60,670 nucleotides of DNA, taken from positions 1 to 60,670 of the IMG/VR virus record IMGVR_UViG_3300028596_000012. One strand, 5' to 3'. Below the pieces are notes generated by a model. The model worked only from the letters and a program-made list of their open reading frames with translations. It ran no database searches and was not told the origin of the DNA. The translations under genes and the position numbers were made by a program. Below, piece after piece: positions 9,605 to 19,437 of this stretch; the stretch's first letter is position 1, and each line of letters opens with the position of its first letter. Origin of the DNA: a virus. Taxonomy: Duplodnaviria > Caudoviricetes.

Positions 9605-10115
9605 GACGCCCCTCCTTGCCTCCGACGACCACCTGGTTCATCGCTGGCGGTACTAGCTCCAGCTCGTAGAACCAGCGGACGTCCGTCTCGCGGGCAGTCC
9701 ACTCCTTGACGGGCTCCCCGGCCGCGTCGTACTTATCGGGCTGCTGGGTGACCTTGTAGGCCACCGGCCCCCGCTGGTGATCGTTGATCACCAGCATATC
9801 GGCATGGATGAAGGTGTGCGCGGTAGACCACGGCTGCTCCTGGGTGCCGCCGGGGCGGACAACAGCGGATTCGTTGACCCGCTTCAGCCAGCCCTCAGAG
9901 ACCGCTGCATTCACCCATGACAGGCCGGCAGTCGTGCGCTCTGGCGGGTCGCCTTCCACCGTGACCCCCAGCAACGGCCAGGCCTCGTGATCGTCGCCCG
10001 GCGTGGCCGGGTTGACCAGCTTCGGCTGGCCCGTCTCGGGATCGAACTTCCGCACGCGCTCCTGGCCTTCCTTGTCGGCCAGCTTACGCACGGTAAGAAT
10101 CTGGAACTCGCTCAC
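9597..10115 (-). CDS. Hypothetical protein
   Basis: RBS GGAGGAG, coding-like codon use, inside the structural operon. Confidence 0.6.
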   Translation of the reverse strand: MSEFQILTVRKLADKEGQERVRKFDPETGQPKLVNPATPGDDHEAWPLLGVTVEGDPPERTTAGLSWVNAAVSEGWLKRVNESAVVRPGGTQEQPWSTAHTFIHADMLVINDHQRGPVAYKVTQQPDKYDAAGEPVKEWTARETDVRWFYELELVPPAMNQVVVGGKEGRRG

Positions 10116-10124
10116 TACTCCTCC

Positions 10125-10721
10125 TTACCGGACGAAGACTTGCACCACAAGGTGGGCGAACGTACCGGTATCCACATCGACCGACAGGTAGCTGCCGTCC
10201 AGGAACGGCACCGGATCCACCCAGACTACGGTGGTTCCCGTGCCCAAGGCTACCGGCAGCGTAGGCCGTTCGGCCGGCGAAGCGAAGATGGAGACACCGT
10301 CGATGTTGACGTCCACGGTCAAACCGCCCGAGCCCACATCCAGCGCAGTCACCCGGATCGACACCACTGCTTGGTCTCGGCCGGTATCGTTGTAAATCCT
10401 GGCCGTTCCCGTGCCGGGCCCACCCGATCCGCCCACGCTCAGATCGTGGCTATAAGCCGCATCTCCAGTAGGTAACCCAGTTACGGTGACCGGCGTATCA
10501 ACGCCGTTAGCGCGGAGAATGTAGTCGCCTGGCTCAGCGTAGAAGTCCACCTTGCCGTCGTCGGAGGTACGCAGCGGGTTGACCTTACGGGCGCCCACGC
10601 TGTCGTAGTAGATCGAGGCCAGGACTTCAGTTCCGCCGTATAGCACCGTTACCGGTACACCGGCCGCAATCCCACCGCCAGGGTATGTGAACGGCTCCGA
10701 GATGAAAGGCAACGGCGCCAT
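10125..10721 (-). CDS. Structural protein with head-binding-like N-terminal domain
   Basis: NPLRTSDDGKVDFYAEPGDY resembles fibre/head-binding N-termini. Confidence 0.5.
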   Translation of the reverse strand: MAPLPFISEPFTYPGGGIAAGVPVTVLYGGTEVLASIYYDSVGARKVNPLRTSDDGKVDFYAEPGDYILRANGVDTPVTVTGLPTGDAAYSHDLSVGGSGGPGTGTARIYNDTGRDQAVVSIRVTALDVGSGGLTVDVNIDGVSIFASPAERPTLPVALGTGTTVVWVDPVPFLDGSYLSVDVDTGTFAHLVVQVFVR

Positions 10722-10724
10722 GGG

Positions 10725-11048
10725 TTACCGCCGTAGCCGGTGGAGCCGAGTGCCAGTGATGACTGTGGGCTCCGTTGCAGAGTCGTCCAGCCGCTGCTTG
10801 AACATGGCCACCATCTTGAGCGCCTTGTCCTGCAACGCCCCGTTAGACCGCGAGGACCCGCCCTCCGCAATGTCGACCAGGGAGGTGTAGTACGCGGCCT
10901 TCTCAGTCCAAATCTCCCAGGCGATGCGCGTCTCGGCCGGGGCTGCCGCCGCATCCAGCCGGCTGTTCAGGGTGGCATCGGTGTAGCGAGTCTCGTCGGG
11001 CTCTGCGATTTGGAGGCGCAGAGACGCTATCTCAGTTGCCGTGGCCAT
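10725..11048 (-). CDS. Head-to-tail adaptor
   Basis: LRLQIAE...YTDATL...W..KAA...EGGSSR pattern; follows the capsid genes. Confidence 0.7.
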   Translation of the reverse strand: MATATEIASLRLQIAEPDETRYTDATLNSRLDAAAAPAETRIAWEIWTEKAAYYTSLVDIAEGGSSRSNGALQDKALKMVAMFKQRLDDSATEPTVITGTRLHRLRR

Positions 11049-11065
11049 GTAGACCTCCCGTGTAA

Positions 11066-11110
11066 GACGAAGCCGCCAGCCGCACGGGGGAACGGTCTGG
11101 CGGCTTCGCC
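11066..11110 (-). terminator. Long hairpin, probable intrinsic terminator after the capsid genes
   Basis: GGCGAAGCCGCCAG...CTGGCGGCTTCGTC stem followed by TT. Confidence 0.65.
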
Positions 11111-11120
11111 GGTCTGCTGA

Positions 11121-11420
11121 CTACGACTGCTGCTCGCGCAGCGCGTCGTTCTCTTCCAGCCGCTTGATGAGCTGCGGCTTGGTACCGCCGACGGGAAGCT
11201 CTCGCTGCCGGCACTCCTCCTGAAGCGCGGGGAGAAGCATCTCTTCGTACGGCACCAGATCGTCGTCGACGACCAGCTCGGTCTCGACCTCCAGTTCGCC
11301 ACGCTCGGCGGATTCCGCCCGCGCGTCCATCGTGGCGACCTGCTCGTCGTACCCGCGCGCCAGAAGGTATGCGCGGTCCGAATCGGACAGCGGCTTGTTC
11401 GGGTCCACGTAACGGCTCAT
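11121..11420 (-). CDS. SAP/HeH-domain small protein
   Basis: LQEECRQRELPVGGTKPQLIKRL matches the SAP motif. Confidence 0.75.
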   Translation of the reverse strand: MSRYVDPNKPLSDSDRAYLLARGYDEQVATMDARAESAERGELEVETELVVDDDLVPYEEMLLPALQEECRQRELPVGGTKPQLIKRLEENDALREQQS

Positions 11421-11433
11421 TGTTTCCCCTCCC

Positions 11434-12597
11434 TTACCAGGCGAACGCAGCGGGAACGGAGTACGCGGAAGCGTGCAGCTGCATGATCGCAGCCGCGCCG
11501 CGCGGTCCGACGGCGGTGCCCATGCCCCGCACGAAGTACGAGTCGATGAGCGGGTAGGACTGCCGGTTGCCCGGCAGGAGGACCAGGCCCCGGAGACCCT
11601 GGTTCTCGTGCTCCCGGATGCCGATGACGTTGGTCTGGGTGTCGTTGCCCCGGACCGCGAACGCCACCATGTAACCGGCGGGGATCTGGCGGTCTGTGAC
11701 CACCAGGTACGGCCCCCACGAGCCGGCGACGTCCATGCCGGCGAACGAGTTGCCCGGAAGCCCGCCCACCAGCGTGAAGCCCGGCGGCAGCATCATGGCC
11801 ATGTTCGCCCCGGCGGACGGGATGAAGTCGTACAGCGACACGGGGTCCACCGCCGCGCCGTAGTCCTTCGCAACGCCCCGCTGGAAGCCCACGATGCCGG
11901 CGTTGGCGTCGATGGGGTTCATGAGGAACACGATGTTGTAACCGTTGGCCCGGTTGTAGCCGTGCTCCTCGACCAGCGCCGCCAGGTCCAGGTGGTCCTG
12001 CGGGTCGAACGCCGTCTGCGAAGCCTGGCCGGAGAACGTGTAGTGCGTGTGGGTCGCCGGGTTGAACGTGTTGCCCCGGTACGGCGGGATGTACATGGAG
12101 TCGGCGTTGTACAGCGCCGTCACCGTGTACGAGGTGCCGTCGATGAGCGTGGTCCGGTTGGCGTTGTTGAAGAGCGCCTTCATGACCATCTCGAACTGGA
12201 GCGCGTTGTCGGCCTCCAGCATCATGTCCATGATGGCGTCCAGCTGGCGCTGGGTGGCACCGGTGCTGTGACCTGGGCCGCCCGCCAGGAACTGGAAGGT
12301 GTACGCGTGCCGGGCGTCGAACCACTCGAACGGGTAAGCCCGCGCGGTCGGCGTGAGAGCCGGTCGCAGGGACTTGGGGATGCCGAACTCGGACGCCTTC
12401 TCGAAGCGCTCCGTGCCGGGCTGGACGATGTCCTCGATGACGGACGTCGTGGTGAAGCTCAGCAGGTTGATGAGCGGCTGCCGGGCCGCGTTGAACTCCG
12501 CCAGGCTCTGCTGGTACGAGGTCCAGATCGCGTTGAGATCCTGGCCATCACGGGTCCTGGTGAGGATATCCCCGGAGGCGTTGTAACCCTGTGCCAT
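11434..12597 (-). CDS. Major capsid protein
   Basis: 387 aa, strongest codon bias in the genome, follows the scaffold and decoration genes. Confidence 0.88.
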   Translation of the reverse strand: MAQGYNASGDILTRTRDGQDLNAIWTSYQQSLAEFNAARQPLINLLSFTTTSVIEDIVQPGTERFEKASEFGIPKSLRPALTPTARAYPFEWFDARHAYTFQFLAGGPGHSTGATQRQLDAIMDMMLEADNALQFEMVMKALFNNANRTTLIDGTSYTVTALYNADSMYIPPYRGNTFNPATHTHYTFSGQASQTAFDPQDHLDLAALVEEHGYNRANGYNIVFLMNPIDANAGIVGFQRGVAKDYGAAVDPVSLYDFIPSAGANMAMMLPPGFTLVGGLPGNSFAGMDVAGSWGPYLVVTDRQIPAGYMVAFAVRGNDTQTNVIGIREHENQGLRGLVLLPGNRQSYPLIDSYFVRGMGTAVGPRGAAAIMQLHASAYSVPAAFAW

Positions 12598-12610
12598 GGT
12601 CTACCCTCCC

Positions 12611-13036
12611 TTACGCCGTCAGGCCTGCCGCAGGCCCGAGGGCCACGCGGATCACCAGGCGCTTGCCGTTGGTCACCGAACCCGTGGCCTCCACGACCTG
12701 TCCCAGGTACTTGGAGGTGGTGGCGGTGTCGTCGATGGTGCCGTCCGTGTGGCCGTACACCTTCGCCCCGTCCGCGAACGCGGTACCGGCGGTCTCGAGC
12801 GCCTCCACGATCTCGCCGTGGGTCATGACGTCGATGACGTCACCGGCGTTCATCGGACGGACCGCGCAGATCACACCGGCGATGTCAGCGGTAGCGCTGA
12901 TACCCGTCCGAATCACGCGGTTGGAGCCGTTGATGGCGACGGCGTAAATCTTGCCGACGTCGACAGCGGCGATCGCAGCGTTCAGGACCGCACGGAATCC
13001 CCCAGCCCGGGGCTCGTACTTGTCAAAGCGTGCCAA
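12611..13036 (-). CDS. Capsid decoration/cement protein
   Basis: MARFDKYEP..GGFRA...AGDVIDVMTHGEIVE; lies between scaffold and capsid. Confidence 0.7.
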   Translation of the reverse strand: MARFDKYEPRAGGFRAVLNAAIAAVDVGKIYAVAINGSNRVIRTGISATADIAGVICAVRPMNAGDVIDVMTHGEIVEALETAGTAFADGAKVYGHTDGTIDDTATTSKYLGQVVEATGSVTNGKRLVIRVALGPAAGLTA

Positions 13037-13093
13037 CTTGCAACCCTCCCTCGGAGGTTCAGTCCCCGTGATCCGCCCTCCGGGCGCGAGGAG

Positions 13094-13750
13094 TTACTGA
13101 CTAGGCCTGCGACGGCTACCGAGAGCAGGAAGACGGCTGACCATTCCCTTGGTGTTGCCGCCGTCGGTACTGCCCGACTTGCCGTTCATGGGTGGCGCTC
13201 CGCCGGCCGGAGGCGTAGCCGTTGGGGCTCCGTCTGGCTTGGCGTCGTCGACCATCCATGGGTACTGCTTCGCCAACTTCTCGGACGCCAGCTTGATCCC
13301 GTCGACGGTCCCGTCATCCGAGATCTGGACCTGCGTCCGGTCCAGAAGCTTGAGCGCGGCAGCGCTGTCCTTCCAGCGGACCTTGTTGTCCCGCAGGAAC
13401 GCCAGCTCAACCGCCTGCTCCTTGAGCTGGTTGGTCAGCCGCTGGTTGGTCTCCGTAAGGGCTGCCGTGTCTCGCTGCAGCCGATCGATTTCCGGGAGAT
13501 CCTTGTCGCGGATGGCCTGCAGCTCACGCTGAGCCTCTTCGCGCTTCTTGTCGGCAGCCGAGAGTTGCACGCGGAGCCGTTCGAACTCTGCCGCGCTCAC
13601 CGTCGCGGGCTGTACCGGCTCCGCAGGCGGTGTGGCGCTCTGGCCACCCTCCGGCGGTGGTGCTACTGCGGTGCCGTCGCCGGCCGTGCCGGCACTCGGT
13701 CCGGGCTGGCCTGGAGCGCCACTCAGTGCGCTCGGTTCGGGCTGGGTCAT
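13094..13750 (-). CDS. Scaffolding protein
   Basis: Pro-rich ends, central coiled coil, position upstream of the capsid gene. Confidence 0.8.
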   Translation of the reverse strand: MTQPEPSALSGAPGQPGPSAGTAGDGTAVAPPPEGGQSATPPAEPVQPATVSAAEFERLRVQLSAADKKREEAQRELQAIRDKDLPEIDRLQRDTAALTETNQRLTNQLKEQAVELAFLRDNKVRWKDSAAALKLLDRTQVQISDDGTVDGIKLASEKLAKQYPWMVDDAKPDGAPTATPPAGGAPPMNGKSGSTDGGNTKGMVSRLPALGSRRRPSQ

Positions 13751-13926
13751 GGTGGTACCTCTCAGTTATACCTTACGCGTAGGCGCAAGGGTAGCGGATG
13801 CGTCCGGTACGATCCGCAAATTAGGCTGCCAGGCTGGGATTGGCTTGCGTACCCTCGGCTTCCGGACCTTCTTCGGGGGCACTTCGTACGCCCCGTCCAT
13901 CCGCTGGCGTGCCCGTTCTCTTGGCT

Positions 13927-15477
13927 TCACGGCAGGGTCACCTCGGCCTCCAGGTACCGAACCCCCGTTGGGTCGGTTCCCAGGTCTCTAATGATCTTCC
14001 ACTGCACCCCGCGCTGCAAGGCTATCTCTCCCTGGCCTCCCTTTGCCCTGGTGTCAGAAACAGCAGACGCCCCAATTCCTCTGCTAACGCGGGTTCGCAT
14101 GACTATCCGTTCATCATCTGCGCTATCCGCAGATAGCGCAAACTCCCGACTCATCTGTTCATCCACGGAAGTCGAGCTATATCCATCTTCCGTCCATTCG
14201 AATCCGCCCAGGTCTCCGTCCAGAGATCCGCCGAACAGCCGGCGAGCGCGGAATATGCCCCGGAACACGTCTACGTCTTGGCCTAGCGGCTGGAACGTAG
14301 GATCCATCTGCGCGATGATCCCGTCCGTACGCGCGTCTTGCTTGCCGTCTACGTCTTTACGGCCGCGTCGTAGGTAGTTGTTGATGAATACGAAGAATGA
14401 CGACTCGTATTCTCTCCAGGCTTTGCGCTGCTTAGGAGTTAGGCTACCGCGCCGAATCAAACCGGTCCGCACGCTGTCCAGGGCTGCCGCGCCAGACAGC
14501 GCCGGAGACTGGGTCACCTCAGGGAGTGCGGGTGCTATCTCGGTAGGCGTGGCCAGAATGGGCGCCGCAGCACCGCTAATGGCAGACTCCGGCGTTAGGT
14601 CTATGCCCTGGCGCTCAGCGAACTTGTCGATGAACTCGTCGAAGTCCCCGTCTACCAAGGCGTCCAGGAACGCGTCGTCGTCTTCGTCGATGACCGACGT
14701 TATGTAGCACAGGCACTGCGGGTGCGGCTTGAGCGGTACCTCCGTCGGCGCAAACATCCGGCCGTTGAGCTCGTCGCAGATGTCCCTACGCGCATGGGAT
14801 TTGCTAGTGTGCCACTCTACCTTAGTAATCCACGGCTTGGCCTGCGCTGCCGCTACGGCCATGGCATGGTAGGCGTTGTTGATCTCCGTACGCGCTAACC
14901 GGAGCGCTGCGTACCGTGGCCCACCCGGAGTATTGGGGTTAACCAGATCCCGGACCTCTCGCGCGAACTCCTGCGCGTTCAGTCCGCGTGCTAGGGCGGA
15001 GTTGACACGCCGTTCCAGTACTCCGCTACTCCAGGCCTGTGCCCGGTACACGCGCTCGCTCAGCGGTTGCCGGCTAGCTCCGCTCAGCCGCGCCTCAACC
15101 GCATCTATGGCACGCGCCTCGGTGGCCTCGAGGCCCTCCGCTACCGCTCGGGCGTCCCGTTCCCGCCCCACAGCCGCGAAGGCTGCCTCGTCGTATCGGC
15201 CGGCCACCTGGATAGCCCGTGCAGCTGCCTCCACCCGGCGTCGTTCCACGACCTTGCCGGTACGCTCGAACAGCTCCGCCTGAGCGTCCAGGATGGCCTT
15301 CTTGATGGCCAGAGCCCGACTGCGTTCTAGGTCTCCCGCCCCGGCGCGCGACATCTGCCCCAGACGACGATTGACATCCCTGTAGGCATCCCGGAGCGCG
15401 CGGAGGATCTCGGCGTCGGCCGCCTTCTGAATGCGGACATACGCCTGTAGCACCTCCTGCGGCTCCGGCTGGGCCAT
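13927..15477 (-). CDS. MuF-like minor capsid protein fused to a C-terminal ADP-ribosyltransferase
   Basis: RLARTE...CDEL...PHPQCLC (MuF), then INNYLR...VFRG...YSSTS...QGEIALQRG (R-S-E, VIP2-like ART). Confidence 0.85.
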   Translation of the reverse strand: MAQPEPQEVLQAYVRIQKAADAEILRALRDAYRDVNRRLGQMSRAGAGDLERSRALAIKKAILDAQAELFERTGKVVERRRVEAAARAIQVAGRYDEAAFAAVGRERDARAVAEGLEATEARAIDAVEARLSGASRQPLSERVYRAQAWSSGVLERRVNSALARGLNAQEFAREVRDLVNPNTPGGPRYAALRLARTEINNAYHAMAVAAAQAKPWITKVEWHTSKSHARRDICDELNGRMFAPTEVPLKPHPQCLCYITSVIDEDDDAFLDALVDGDFDEFIDKFAERQGIDLTPESAISGAAAPILATPTEIAPALPEVTQSPALSGAAALDSVRTGLIRRGSLTPKQRKAWREYESSFFVFINNYLRRGRKDVDGKQDARTDGIIAQMDPTFQPLGQDVDVFRGIFRARRLFGGSLDGDLGGFEWTEDGYSSTSVDEQMSREFALSADSADDERIVMRTRVSRGIGASAVSDTRAKGGQGEIALQRGVQWKIIRDLGTDPTGVRYLEAEVTLP

Positions 15478-15484
15478 TCCTGCG

Positions 15485-15784
15485 TCAACCTCCTGATGAC
15501 TCTGGTTCGGGATCCGGCTTGCTCTGGTCGATGGGGATGTCGATTCCGTGCGCGCTCAACGCCCGGCTCAGAGCTCGGATGAAATTCGCCTGGTCGGAAA
15601 CGACTTTCTCCATGTCGGTGCGCTGTTGATTAACGATTACGTGCGTTTCCTGGCCGACCCTGGCCGCCTCTTCGTTGGTCTTCTTGTTGGGTATCATGAT
15701 CTTGAACGTCACGATCACGCCACCAAGGGCCGTGATCAGGGTGGCCAGGGCCGTGATGATCCCCGCCAGACTGCTACCCGTCAC
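15485..15784 (-). CDS. Small membrane protein
   Basis: One N-terminal transmembrane helix plus a coiled coil. Confidence 0.6.
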   Translation of the reverse strand: MTGSSLAGIITALATLITALGGVIVTFKIMIPNKKTNEEAARVGQETHVIVNQQRTDMEKVVSDQANFIRALSRALSAHGIDIPIDQSKPDPEPESSGG

Positions 15785-17382
15785 AACGCCTCCGGTCCTG
15801 CACCCAGCTCGGAATCCATACGCGAACCCTGCAAGTCCATCGCCGCCTGGGCTTCCGCCGCCAGCGCAGTCTCTTCCCCATCGGGCACCTGGAATCCGAG
15901 GCGCTCCTTGATGAGAACCCGAGCGTACGTTGTGGATATGATCTTGGCCGTCACCAGGTCGATGATCTCCTTCATCACCGCTTCTCGGTTGACCGGGATC
16001 GGGTCGGAGAACACCGGCTCCAGCCGGACGCCCGTATCCGCCACGCCCTCATAGGCAGGGAGCCATCCGGTAACCATGTCGTAGGAGAGTTGGCGGAGCT
16101 TGGAGGCAATCTCCTCCTCCTTCTCCTCGTTCTTGGCCACCATGGGGGCCATCTCGATGGAGAGCGCTACGCCCGAGGCCGGGTTCGCCGCGTCCATGCC
16201 CCCCATGGCGATGCGAGGCGTTCCGGACGTCTCCTGCATCTCGCGCTTGAGGAGGTTGATGTGCTCCTGGGACGGGTTGACCGTGTTGATGCCCTGCACC
16301 CGGCCGAACTGCTTTCCTTCCTCGACCTGTGCCACGGTGGCAGGCGCGATGACCCAGTCAGCGTCGTTTCCGTTGGCATCTTTGACGTTCCCGGAGTCTG
16401 TCCAGTAGAACCCGAGGCCCTGCAGGGCGACTGCGAGCTCCTCGTCGGTGACCGTCTGGTTGACGCCGACCAGCAGCGTCTCCAGGCCCTGCAGTTCCGA
16501 CAGTCCGAACAGCTTCCCGCCCATCCGCTTGTTGCGGAAGTGGTAGACCGGGATGGCCTGGATATCCGTCGGTAGCATCTGGCCCGAAAGCAGCGTTACG
16601 AAGGCCGGACCAGCGAACCGCGCCGGGGCGGGGACTTCCGCCAGGTCCGCCTCGATCATGTTGCGGGCGTCCCACTTGTCCTTCTCCCAGAACGTGAGGC
16701 GCGTGTAGATCCCACCCACTGTGGCGCCCTGGAGCTCGGCCGCCCTCTCCGGCGTCAGGACGCGCTGATACTCCAAGCGCGCCACGATGTCTTCGTCTTC
16801 GTCGTTCTTGATGACGTTGACGATGTAGCAACCGGTCACGCGCTCCGCGTTGGTAGGGTCCGCAATCGGGAAGTACGTTGAAGGCGTCAGCTCGCTAATG
16901 GATAGCCGCTGGCCCTCGGGCTTGGATGGATCGGCCGTCACGTGCAGGATGGCGTCGCCCCGGATCAGCATCCAGCGCTTCAGGCTCAGGAACTTGGCGC
17001 CGAACTCCTCGCGGTCCTGGAGCGCCTTCCACGTCTGCATGAACAGCGCGGCTCCCTCGCCGCCCGCCTCCGGCGTCCCCTGCCCGGCCTCTGTCCCGGT
17101 ACCGGGGGCAGTCTGGATAGCCACCCACTCCAGATCCCTGGCCAGGTACCGGTTCGTGCCCTCGACGATGGAGCGGGCCACAGGAACCAGCCGGCGAAAC
17201 AGCGCGTTCTCGCTGTCGACGCTCATGACCTTCTCGAAGAGCGTGGCCTCGTTGCCGTACATCTCTTCGTACGTGTCGTAGGCGCGCAGCCGCAGCCTGT
17301 CGTCCTCGGCTCCGTCGGGTAGCAGATCGGAGAACGGCTTGCCGAAGTCTGCGACGGTCTGGTATGGGCTCAGCGCAGCCAC
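15781..17382 (-). CDS. Portal protein
   Basis: 533 aa directly after the terminase; SGVALSIEMAPM motif of SPP1 gp6-like portals. Confidence 0.88.
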   Translation of the reverse strand: MAALSPYQTVADFGKPFSDLLPDGAEDDRLRLRAYDTYEEMYGNEATLFEKVMSVDSENALFRRLVPVARSIVEGTNRYLARDLEWVAIQTAPGTGTEAGQGTPEAGGEGAALFMQTWKALQDREEFGAKFLSLKRWMLIRGDAILHVTADPSKPEGQRLSISELTPSTYFPIADPTNAERVTGCYIVNVIKNDEDEDIVARLEYQRVLTPERAAELQGATVGGIYTRLTFWEKDKWDARNMIEADLAEVPAPARFAGPAFVTLLSGQMLPTDIQAIPVYHFRNKRMGGKLFGLSELQGLETLLVGVNQTVTDEELAVALQGLGFYWTDSGNVKDANGNDADWVIAPATVAQVEEGKQFGRVQGINTVNPSQEHINLLKREMQETSGTPRIAMGGMDAANPASGVALSIEMAPMVAKNEEKEEEIASKLRQLSYDMVTGWLPAYEGVADTGVRLEPVFSDPIPVNREAVMKEIIDLVTAKIISTTYARVLIKERLGFQVPDGEETALAAEAQAAMDLQGSRMDSELGAGPEAL

Positions 17383-18954
17383 TTAACGTCTCCTCCCTGT
17401 CCTGGCCTTCCGAGAGCCAACGCCGTGTGGCGTCGACCACGGTACGCCGAAGAATCCCCTGAAAAACCGCCCAAGCGCCTCGGGCGTATGGTTGTCAATC
17501 GGTAGCGGAACCTCTGGGGCAGCTCGGTCCTTGGCCTCCGCCTGCTCCGCAGTCTCCTTGTACCGGTAGGCGCCCATCTCGCGAATCGTGTTCTTGCAAC
17601 GCGGGTGGATCGTAAGCCCTGGCACACGCTCCGGGTGTCCGACCGGGAGGTGTGCCAGCATGGGGTTGGGCTTCAGAAACCGCCGGATCCACTCCAACCG
17701 GTCCTGGATCTCGCCACCGGTCCCGCCCAGGCTCCGGATCTGTAGCACGTTCTGAAAGTCTCGGTTGCCACCTGGGTCTGCAGGGTCCCCATAGAAGGCC
17801 TTGATTCCAATGTCGCCACCAGTTGGCGCCAGGCCCCTACTCTTGATCTCCACGGCCGCCTCGTGTGGCGTACGGGAGCGCTCGTAGTACTCGTGGACGA
17901 CATGGACGCGCTCCTTGTGCGGGTCTACCTGGAGGATCAGCCACACCGTGGGGTTGGTGAAACCGGAGTCCTTACAGGCGTAGGTAGTCCAGCTTCGCTT
18001 GAGCTCCTGCGAGTCCAGGTGCATCTCCGGATCGAAGTCCTTGAACACCCGGCCGATGTACTCGGTGAAGTCTGCCGCTACCTCCTGGCCGAACGACTCC
18101 AGGCTCTGGTCCAGGAACATTGCCCAGATCTCGCTGTCGATCCCGGCCGGCACCAGGCCCATATCGGTCGCTACCAACGGTATCGTCTGTAGCAGGTCGT
18201 CAATCTGCTTGGCCTTCTTGGCTTTCCGGAACAGATCAAGCAGGGCCTCGTCTACCCCCATGGGGTATACGTGCGGGTTGGCCCAGGAGGGCGCACGCCA
18301 CGATGCCCAGTCGGTACGGCGGTCGTCCTGTCCGATCATCCAAAGATCGTAAAACCAGTTCCGCCCCTCCGGCGTAGACCCGAAAAAGGCCCACCCACCA
18401 AAGTCTGCTAGGGTCGGCCGGATGAACTTGTCCCAGACGGACGGCTTGAGCTTGGCCGCCTCCGAGAAGACCACCCCGGAAAGCCCTTCTCCCACCAAAG
18501 TGCCCGGGTACTTAGCGGACTTAGCCCACACCACATACCGGCCTCCGAACATGGAGATTCGCATCTCTCCGGAGAGCGGATTGTTATAACTACCCGGGTG
18601 GTCCATCTGGAATCCGAGCGCCGTGTAGGCATCCCACACCACCCTGAATTCCTTCTCGGCGTCGGAGTACTCCGGCCCCACGATCCAGTACTCGCGGCGG
18701 AGCCCGCGCGCCTTGAGATCGTCGAGCTCTCCCTTGGCCCGTAAAGCCTCGGGAATCAGCTTGTGGCCGCCGGTCTGGGACTTCCCCACCCGTCGGCCGG
18801 CTGCTACCACCTTGTTGCGGGAGGGATCCAGCAGGACGGCTTCCTGCAGTTCATGCGGCTGCCATCCGAGCTCATCCCAGAAGGCGCGCCGGACGCGTCC
18901 CGGTAGAGACGGCGTCGGTAGCAGCCTAGGCCGCTCAACCGTCTCGGCGGTCAC
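17383..18954 (-). CDS. terL: Terminase large subunit
   Basis: Walker A AGRRVGKS, Walker B variant VVFSEAA, STPEG coupling motif, C-terminal nuclease DSG...DPA...DNH. Confidence 0.95.
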   Translation of the reverse strand: MTAETVERPRLLPTPSLPGRVRRAFWDELGWQPHELQEAVLLDPSRNKVVAAGRRVGKSQTGGHKLIPEALRAKGELDDLKARGLRREYWIVGPEYSDAEKEFRVVWDAYTALGFQMDHPGSYNNPLSGEMRISMFGGRYVVWAKSAKYPGTLVGEGLSGVVFSEAAKLKPSVWDKFIRPTLADFGGWAFFGSTPEGRNWFYDLWMIGQDDRRTDWASWRAPSWANPHVYPMGVDEALLDLFRKAKKAKQIDDLLQTIPLVATDMGLVPAGIDSEIWAMFLDQSLESFGQEVAADFTEYIGRVFKDFDPEMHLDSQELKRSWTTYACKDSGFTNPTVWLILQVDPHKERVHVVHEYYERSRTPHEAAVEIKSRGLAPTGGDIGIKAFYGDPADPGGNRDFQNVLQIRSLGGTGGEIQDRLEWIRRFLKPNPMLAHLPVGHPERVPGLTIHPRCKNTIREMGAYRYKETAEQAEAKDRAAPEVPLPIDNHTPEALGRFFRGFFGVPWSTPHGVGSRKARTGRRR

Positions 18955-19125
18955 CGTTGGCCTCCGCCCATCGTTGGTACGCGCGCCTAGCCTTGTGGGC
19001 GGGGCAGCCCTCTACGACTCGGGGCGTTGGCCTCGGGTTGTCAGGGTCGAACGGATCCAGGAACGGCACGCTCCGGTCGCAGATGCAGCGTAGCTCCGGC
19101 GGACACGCCTGACAGCCCTGCTCGC

Positions 19126-19437
19126 TCACGCTGATACCGCCTCGGCCGCAGCAAGCAGAGACTCCGCCCCGGTCTCCAGATAGCAGAAATTCTCTGGCCA
19201 GACGAACCGGCTCCCCGGGATCCCGCACGCGGACTTCATTGGGTGGACCCAGTCAGCGTTCTTTCCCATGTATACCAAGTGGTCGTCGCAGGAGGCGCGC
19301 ATGGCTGCGATCTCGGTCAGGTCCACGCTCATCTGAAATCCGTGCCATGTGGCCGGCTTGGCGCACCAGGTAGCTGGCACGCTCTCCGGCTCGTAGCCAC
19401 AACTCCAGTTCTCAGCCGTTGGCCGCATCGTGCCCAT
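19126..19437 (-). CDS. Hypothetical Cys-rich protein
   Basis: C..PATWH...SCDDH...C pattern; between the terminase subunits. Confidence 0.5.
   Translation of the reverse strand: MGTMRPTAENWSCGYEPESVPATWCAKPATWHGFQMSVDLTEIAAMRASCDDHLVYMGKNADWVHPMKSACGIPGSRFVWPENFCYLETGAESLLAAAEAVSA

Noticed and set aside
11473-14377. Long plus-strand ORFs (also 41507-43189, 54471-55919, 30324-31577)
   Set aside because: Antisense shadows of high-GC minus-strand genes, with no recognisable motifs.
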